Source: a virus. Taken from it: a DNA stretch of 29,840 nucleotides. Positions 21,620 to 27,374 of this stretch are shown here, piece by piece. The position numbers and the translations under genes are program-made. Location of the stretch: the IMG/VR virus record IMGVR_UViG_3300017755_000056. One strand, given 5' to 3'. The notes beneath the pieces were generated by a model. The model searched no databases and was not told the origin of the DNA. It saw only the letters and a program-made list of their open reading frames with translations. Every line of letters starts with the position of its first letter. Position 1 is the stretch's first letter.

Positions 21620-22573
21620 ATGGCTACTACAACAAGTATTACAAGCACATACGCTGGCGAATTTGCGGGGGAATACATTTCCGCAGCTTTACTTAGCGGT
21701 GCAACTATTGACAACGGTGGGATAACTGTAAAACCTAACGTTAAATTTAAAGAAGTAATTAAAAAGATTGCAACGGACGGAATCGTGAAGGATGCCACCT
21801 GTGATTTCTCGGCTACTTCTACAATTACACTTACTGAAAAAATATTACAACCTGAATTACAGCAAGTTAACTTACAACTTTGTAAAAAAGACTTTGTATC
21901 GGATTGGGAAGCGATTCAAATGGGAATGTCGGCACACCATGACCTACCATCAAGCTTTAGCGATTTCCTTATAGGGCACGTTGCTGCAAAGGTTGCACAA
22001 AAAACCGAGCAAAGCATTTGGGATGGTAATACAAGTAACAATGGACAGTTTGACGGTTTATCAAAACTAGTATCTTTGGACGCTTCTTTACCATCGGCAC
22101 AAGAAGTTGCGGGTACTACGGTAGATTCATCAAATGTTATTGCACAGCTTGGTTCCATTGTTGATGCGATTCCATCAGCACTTTACGGTAGTGAAGATTT
22201 ATTTATCTACGTTTCGCAAAACATTGCAAGAGCTTATGTGAGAGCATTAGGAGGATTTGGGGCAAGTGGTTTAGGTGCTGCGGGTACAAACGCACAAGGT
22301 ACACAATGGTGGAATAACGGAAGCTTATCATTTGATGGCGTAAAGATATTTGTCGCTAATGGTCTTGCTGACAATAAAGCAATAGCCGCTGAAAAATCAA
22401 ACTTATTCTTTGGAACGGGCCTACTAGCGGACCACAACGAAGTTAAAGTTTTGGATATGTCAGACCTTGACGGCTCGGACAACGTAAGAGTTGTGATGAG
22501 ATTTAGTGCTGGGGTACAATATGGGATTATCGAGGATATAACTACCTACGGTATCACAAACTCCGCTAACTAA
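21620..22573 (+). CDS. Major capsid protein (HK97-fold candidate), 317 aa.
   Basis: Position after the protease and scaffold-like genes, typical size, and a strong terminator immediately downstream. The N-terminus ATTTSITSTYAGEFAGEYISAALLSGATID resembles capsid proteins I recall from Bacteroidota phages. Confidence 0.65.
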   Translation: MATTTSITSTYAGEFAGEYISAALLSGATIDNGGITVKPNVKFKEVIKKIATDGIVKDATCDFSATSTITLTEKILQPELQQVNLQLCKKDFVSDWEAIQMGMSAHHDLPSSFSDFLIGHVAAKVAQKTEQSIWDGNTSNNGQFDGLSKLVSLDASLPSAQEVAGTTVDSSNVIAQLGSIVDAIPSALYGSEDLFIYVSQNIARAYVRALGGFGASGLGAAGTNAQGTQWWNNGSLSFDGVKIFVANGLADNKAIAAEKSNLFFGTGLLADHNEVKVLDMSDLDGSDNVRVVMRFSAGVQYGIIEDITTYGITNSAN

Positions 22574-22595
22574 GAATTAATTAAATAACATAAAG

Positions 22596-22629
22596 GGGTG
22601 GGTGGTTTATTATCTACCTGCCCTTTTTT
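22596..22629 (+). terminator. Rho-independent terminator after the capsid gene.
   Basis: gggtgggtgg-tttattat-ctacctgccc 10-bp stem (three G-U pairs), then T6. Confidence 0.7.
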
Positions 22630-22642
22630 AATATAAAAAAAG

Positions 22643-23191
22643 ATGGCGTGTAACTTAACAGCGGGTAGAAAAGAACCATGTAAGGACGTAGTTGGAGGAA
22701 TTAGAAAAGTCTATTTTACTGACTTCGGCGGTTACGGAACGGTAACACAAACTAACGACGAGATTACTGACATGAGTGGTACTTTTACTGCCTTTGAATA
22801 TGAACTAAAAGGGACAAGTAGCTTTGAGCAAACTATCACTTCATCAAGGGAAAATGGAACAACTTTCTTTGAACAAACTTTAAATATTACACTTAAAAAA
22901 CTAACTAAAGAAGATAACAAAGAATTGAAACTTCTAGCTTATGGAAGACCACACGTTGCGGTTGAAGATTACAACGGTAATGTCTTTGTTATGGGATTAG
23001 AACATGGAGCGGACGTGAGTGGCGGTACTATTGTGACAGGGTCAGGGCTTGCAGAACTTTCGGGTTATACCTTAACGCTAACATCGCAGGAGGTGATGCC
23101 CGCAAATTTTGTATCAGCACCAACCGCTGCCAATCCATTTGGTGGTATGTCAAGTGCAACGGTAACAGTAACTGAAGGAACTAATTCGTAA
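22643..23191 (+). CDS. Major tail (tube) protein, 182 aa.
   Basis: GGIRKVYFTDF...FTAFEYELKGTSSFEQTITSSRENGTTFFEQTLNITLKKL...LLAYGRPHVAVEDYNGNVFVMGLEHGADVSGG...LSGYTLTLTSQE follows the pattern of siphovirus tail-tube proteins. It is bracketed by terminators. Confidence 0.65.
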   Translation: MACNLTAGRKEPCKDVVGGIRKVYFTDFGGYGTVTQTNDEITDMSGTFTAFEYELKGTSSFEQTITSSRENGTTFFEQTLNITLKKLTKEDNKELKLLAYGRPHVAVEDYNGNVFVMGLEHGADVSGGTIVTGSGLAELSGYTLTLTSQEVMPANFVSAPTAANPFGGMSSATVTVTEGTNS

Positions 23192-23215
23192 TTAGTAATG
23201 TTGATTGATTGGGAA

Positions 23216-23240
23216 GGGTGGCATTTGCTGCCCTTTTTTT
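23216..23240 (+). terminator. Rho-independent terminator after the tail-tube gene.
   Basis: gggtggc-attt-gctgccc stem (including G-U pairs), then T7. Confidence 0.75.
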
Positions 23241-23269
23241 GCTTTATAAATAACAAAATTTAAGTTTTC

Positions 23270-23282
23270 TTATTGTATATAT
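23270..23282 (+). promoter_or_regulatory. TTATTGTATATAT element abutting ATG 23283 (TATTG-N7-ATG).
   Basis: Exact 13-mer shared with 9403 and 20999. It lies 30 nt after the terminator T-run. Confidence 0.45.
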
Positions 23283-23624
23283 ATGACAATATTACAAGAA
23301 AGTGCGTCGGCACAAAACTTAGATTTTATCCCAAGAAGTTTTACAAGCGGAAACACGTATAATGTTACAATAGTAAACGAACAAACTAATACGGAAATCT
23401 ATAATCAAGACGTTACATCTATTAGCGAAAACTTATATTACAATAGACTAAATGCTATCTTTGGCGTAAAGCAAGATAACTTTTACATGGTTACGGTTAA
23501 ATCGGGTACTAATGTAGTATTTAAGGACAAGATATTTTGCACAAATCAAACTATTGCCGATTACACGATTAACAATAGTCAATATACGGAACAAAGTTCT
23601 ACAAATGAATTTATATTTATATAA
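23283..23624 (+). CDS. Hypothetical virion-module protein, 113 aa.
   Basis: Track ORF. TAATG-coupled to the portal gene. Confidence 0.55.
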   Translation: MTILQESASAQNLDFIPRSFTSGNTYNVTIVNEQTNTEIYNQDVTSISENLYYNRLNAIFGVKQDNFYMVTVKSGTNVVFKDKIFCTNQTIADYTINNSQYTEQSSTNEFIFI

Positions 23625-25549
23625 TGGATAACTTACATATAGTTAACTTATCGTCTTATAACAGACCTAAAATTAAAGAAGATAAAAAGCGTGATTGGGT
23701 AAACTACGGGGACGACAACAATTTTTATAGTTACTTAATAGACCTTTACATTGAATCGACAACTAACAACGCAATTATTAATGGTGTAAGTCAAATGATT
23801 TATGGTAAGGGACTAGATGCTTTAGATAGTTCAACAAAAACAAACGAATACGCAGCACTTAGAGGTATATTTAACGATTCTTGTCTTAGAAAAATAAGTT
23901 TTGATTTAAAATTACTAGGCGAAGCAAGTTTTCAAGTGCTTTACAAAGATGGTAGGGTTGCCAAAGCCGAACACTTCCCACGTCAAACATTAAGGGCGGA
24001 AAAAACAAACGAAGATGGTAAAATAGAAGCTTACTATTATTTTCATGATTGGTCAAAAATAAAACCAAAAGATAAACCATTACGTATCGCAGCGTTTGGA
24101 TGTGGTAACGGTAGCGAACCCGAAATTAAAATAGTAAAAAGGTATTTATCGGGTTACGACTATTATTGTCCACCCGACTACATGGGGGGTATTGCTTATG
24201 CGGAATTAGAAAGCGAAGTGGCGGATTACTTAATTAACGATGTACAAAACGGATTTAGCGGAACTAAAGTAGTAAACTTCAATAACGGAGTGCCTGACCG
24301 AGAGAAACAACTACAAATTAAATCTGATGTAATGCGTAAGCTCACGGGTTCAAGGGGCGAAAAAGTAATTATAGCTTTTAATAATAACGCTGAAAGCAAA
24401 ACAACGGTTGATGATATACCGCTGACCGATGCCCCACAACATTACGAATACTTATCAAATGAATGTATTGGTAAGTTAATGGTAGCACATAGGATTACAT
24501 CGCCCTTACTATTAGGCATTAGGGATAGCAATAATGGACTTGGTAATAACGCGGACGAAATAAAAACCGCTTCCTTACTATTTCACAACACAACTATAAG
24601 ACCATACCAAGATTTAATCATTGACGCAATGGATGATATTTTAGCGGTAAATGGGATTGCATTAAAGCTTTATTTTAAGACCCTACAACCGCTTGAATTT
24701 ATCGAAACGAACAATGCTATAACTAACGAAGCGAGGGAGGAAGAAACGGGCGTTAAAATGGCTTCACAAGTAATAAATAACGAAACCGCAATAATAGACG
24801 ATAGGCTAGCTTATTCAACACAAGAAAAAGCAGAAGAAATGGCTAAAGATTTAGGTTGTAAAGGTTATCACACCCATGACTTAGATGGCAATACTTGGTA
24901 TATGCCTTGTGAAGAACATAAGTTATCTAAACAAGCACCCGAATTTGACGATAACAAGATGTTTGATTTATTAGATGAATTTGGCGAAGATGAAAATTTA
25001 GACGAATGGGAACTTGTTGACGAACGTCAAGTGGATTATGAACAAGAAGACGCTTTAGATAAAATGATAGGTTTGGCAAGTACGGGAAGTGCAAAACCAA
25101 AAGCGGGTAGTGAACAAGATGGCGAAAATAAAGATGGCGTACAATTTAAAGTAAGATACCAATACGCTCCTTTAAAAACACAATCGAATAGTAGGGAGTT
25201 TTGTAAAAAAATGGTAAGTGCTAAAAAGATTTACCGTAAAGAAGATATTTTATCTATGGGCAATAGAGCGGTTAATGCGGGTTGGGGATTAAATGGTGCC
25301 GACACTTACAATATTTGGTTAAGTAAAAATTTTCATAAACTTTACAAAGGCGGGGGTGCTTGTCATCACTTTTGGATGCGTAAGACGTATAAAGCAAAAG
25401 CCGAGAAAATTAACCCCGATGTTGGAAACCCTAATGCTGAAGTAAGTGTAAACCAGGCGAAAAAAGACGGTTTTAAACCCGAAACAAACGACAAAAAAGT
25501 GGCTATGCGACCAAAGGATATGCCAAATCAAGGATTCGTAAACAAATAA
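23624..25549 (+). CDS. Portal protein fused to a C-terminal minor-head (MuF/SPP1 gp7-like) Cys-motif region.
   Basis: 641 aa. N-terminal RDWVNYGDDNNFYSYLIDLYIESTTNNAIINGVSQMIYGKGL resembles portal N-termini. An acidic linker follows. C-terminal SREFCKKMVSAKKIYRKEDI...YKGGGACHHFW resembles the Cys motif of MuF-like minor head proteins that usually follow portals as a separate gene. Confidence 0.6.
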   Translation: MDNLHIVNLSSYNRPKIKEDKKRDWVNYGDDNNFYSYLIDLYIESTTNNAIINGVSQMIYGKGLDALDSSTKTNEYAALRGIFNDSCLRKISFDLKLLGEASFQVLYKDGRVAKAEHFPRQTLRAEKTNEDGKIEAYYYFHDWSKIKPKDKPLRIAAFGCGNGSEPEIKIVKRYLSGYDYYCPPDYMGGIAYAELESEVADYLINDVQNGFSGTKVVNFNNGVPDREKQLQIKSDVMRKLTGSRGEKVIIAFNNNAESKTTVDDIPLTDAPQHYEYLSNECIGKLMVAHRITSPLLLGIRDSNNGLGNNADEIKTASLLFHNTTIRPYQDLIIDAMDDILAVNGIALKLYFKTLQPLEFIETNNAITNEAREEETGVKMASQVINNETAIIDDRLAYSTQEKAEEMAKDLGCKGYHTHDLDGNTWYMPCEEHKLSKQAPEFDDNKMFDLLDEFGEDENLDEWELVDERQVDYEQEDALDKMIGLASTGSAKPKAGSEQDGENKDGVQFKVRYQYAPLKTQSNSREFCKKMVSAKKIYRKEDILSMGNRAVNAGWGLNGADTYNIWLSKNFHKLYKGGGACHHFWMRKTYKAKAEKINPDVGNPNAEVSVNQAKKDGFKPETNDKKVAMRPKDMPNQGFVNK

Positions 25550-25552
25550 CAA

Positions 25553-26056
25553 ATGGCTGAAGGATTATTTATTACACGAAAAGATTTAGTTAAGTTTACT
25601 TCCGTAAATGGAAACGTAGATAGTGACAAGTTTTTACAATACATAAAGATTGCTCAAGATATACACGTAAGGAACTATTTAGGTTCAGACTTGTTTAACA
25701 AGATACAAGACGATATAGAAGCAAGTACCTTGACGGGGGATTACCTTACACTTGTTACGGATTACGTAAAACCTATGATTATACATTGGGCAATGGTTGA
25801 ATATTTACCTTTTGCAGCTTATACGATAGCAAACAAAGGTGTGTTTAAACATGGTAGCGAAAATGCCTCTAATGTAGAAAAAGAAGAAGTTGATTTTTTA
25901 ATAGAAAAGGAACGGGATATTGCACAATATTATACGGATAGATTTATAGATTATATGTCTTTTAACGCTAGTAGTAAGTACCCCGAATATTATAGTAATT
26001 CGAACGACGATGTGTACCCTGACAAAAACGCAAATTTCGAAGGATGGGTTTTGTAA
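25553..26056 (+). CDS. Head-tail connector/adaptor (gp6-like, Phage_connect_1-type) protein.
   Basis: ITRKDLVKFTSVNGNVDSDKFLQYIKIAQDIHVRNYLGSDLFNKIQ...YLTLVTDYVKPMIIHWAMVEYLPF fits the head-tail adaptor pattern (d.l..yi..A...i...lG..Ly..l......L....i.p.l...a). It lies directly after the portal. Confidence 0.55.
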   Translation: MAEGLFITRKDLVKFTSVNGNVDSDKFLQYIKIAQDIHVRNYLGSDLFNKIQDDIEASTLTGDYLTLVTDYVKPMIIHWAMVEYLPFAAYTIANKGVFKHGSENASNVEKEEVDFLIEKERDIAQYYTDRFIDYMSFNASSKYPEYYSNSNDDVYPDKNANFEGWVL

Positions 26057-26142
26057 GAAACGACTATAAACCAAAAAAAGTAAACATAGAAAGGTTAAAA
26101 CAATATTTGCAAAAAGCATATATAACAAAAACCAAAAAAAAG

Positions 26143-26154
26143 TATTGATATAAT
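26143..26154 (+). promoter_or_regulatory. TATTGATATAAT element abutting ATG 26155 (TATTG-N7-ATG).
   Basis: Read directly. Same spacing as the three other abutting sites. Confidence 0.4.
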
Positions 26155-26346
26155 ATGGCAAATACAATAAATTGGGGAAAAATATATTGTTCGTCTTATT
26201 GGGGGGACACCGCTAATACAACAGATGCAATTCCCGTGTTTTCCGCACCGCTTTGTTGGACGGAAGATATACTAGAGTTGTCATGTGATAGCACAAGCTT
26301 TAGTGTTGATAGCACTTCAATAACGGTTGACCAAACAAGAATTTAA
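26155..26346 (+). CDS. Hypothetical small protein, 63 aa.
   Basis: Track ORF. INWGKIYCSSYWG motif and an internal DSTSFSVDSTSITVD repeat. Confidence 0.5.
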   Translation: MANTINWGKIYCSSYWGDTANTTDAIPVFSAPLCWTEDILELSCDSTSFSVDSTSITVDQTRI

Positions 26347-26373
26347 AAAAGAATATAAAATAAAATATAAGAA

Positions 26374-26808
26374 ATGGCAAGAATAGCAATAGGAGTAGGT
26401 TCAGCACCGAACGACGGAACGGGAAGTACCCTCCGTGATTCCATGGTATCTATAAATTCAATGACCGCTGACATTTACGGACAAAGTGGAACGGGCGATA
26501 GTTTACGTGGTTCAACCGCACTTACCGCAGCTGCTAACGTTGATGTAAACTTTGACGCCGCTGCGGTTTTTACAATGACATCTAGTATTACCGTAGATTT
26601 AAACTTTACAAATGCATCAATAGGCGATGTTAAAGACATTATTGTTACCGATTCCGGTGGAACTTCTGCTTTAACTTTTGACACGGGTTCAAACACCGTT
26701 ACAACAATTGCTGGTAGTTATAGTGCTAGTTCGGGTGCGGTTAACTTTATACAAGTAGTTTGCACCGCTGCAAATACATTTTTCTTATCAATTTCACAAA
26801 GCGTATAA
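26374..26808 (+). CDS. Fibre/virion protein with a conserved fibre-like N-terminus, 144 aa.
   Basis: The N-terminus IGVGSAPNDGTGSTLRDSMVSINSMTADIY resembles the G..ANDGTGD.LR..F.KIN.N...LY motif found at N-termini of many phage fibre-type proteins. Confidence 0.5.
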   Translation: MARIAIGVGSAPNDGTGSTLRDSMVSINSMTADIYGQSGTGDSLRGSTALTAAANVDVNFDAAAVFTMTSSITVDLNFTNASIGDVKDIIVTDSGGTSALTFDTGSNTVTTIAGSYSASSGAVNFIQVVCTAANTFFLSISQSV

Positions 26809-26810
26809 TT

Positions 26811-27374
26811 ATGAAGGCATTAATAGAAAAAGACAAAATAGTTACAATTTACCCAACACTACCTAATAGTTTTAAGGTTGGAACTACTTATATTCTTGGT
26901 GGTTCACAAAACTTATCGGATAAAAAACTTAAAGAATTAGGAATTTACGATGTTTTGCAACCTAGCTATAACCCACAAACACAAAACAAAGGCGGGTTGT
27001 ACTTTGATAAAAAGAAAAAGGTTGTTACTTACGATATTACCGACATTGATTTTTCCAAGACTTATGAAGTGACAGAAGAAAAAGATGGTAAAATAGTTAA
27101 GACAGGGGAAGTAAAAAACGCCTATGATGTTGATGAAAAGAAAACACAACTTATTAAAGCCTTAAAAGGAAATGCTAATAAACTTTTAGCAAGTACAGAT
27201 TGGCAAGTTGTAAGAAAGGCAGAAAGGGATATTGCTATTGATGACGATGTAAAAACTAAAAGAGCTGAAATATTAGCTGAATATGATAAAAAGAAAAAAG
27301 AGGTAAACGCTAAAAAGAAATATGAAAGTCTTTTAAGTTATGATACTACTTTTTTCCCTGTAAAACTTGATTAA
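26811..27374 (+). CDS. Putative fibre-assembly/chaperone-like protein (DUF4376-like C-terminus), 187 aa.
   Basis: Start set at ATG 26811 (MKALIEKDK), just after the upstream stop. C-terminal NKLLASTDWQVVRKAERDIAIDDDVKTKRAEILAEYD resembles the L..tDW.v.r..e.g......yR motif. ATGA-type overlap with the fibre gene. Confidence 0.4.
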   Translation: MKALIEKDKIVTIYPTLPNSFKVGTTYILGGSQNLSDKKLKELGIYDVLQPSYNPQTQNKGGLYFDKKKKVVTYDITDIDFSKTYEVTEEKDGKIVKTGEVKNAYDVDEKKTQLIKALKGNANKLLASTDWQVVRKAERDIAIDDDVKTKRAEILAEYDKKKKEVNAKKKYESLLSYDTTFFPVKLD

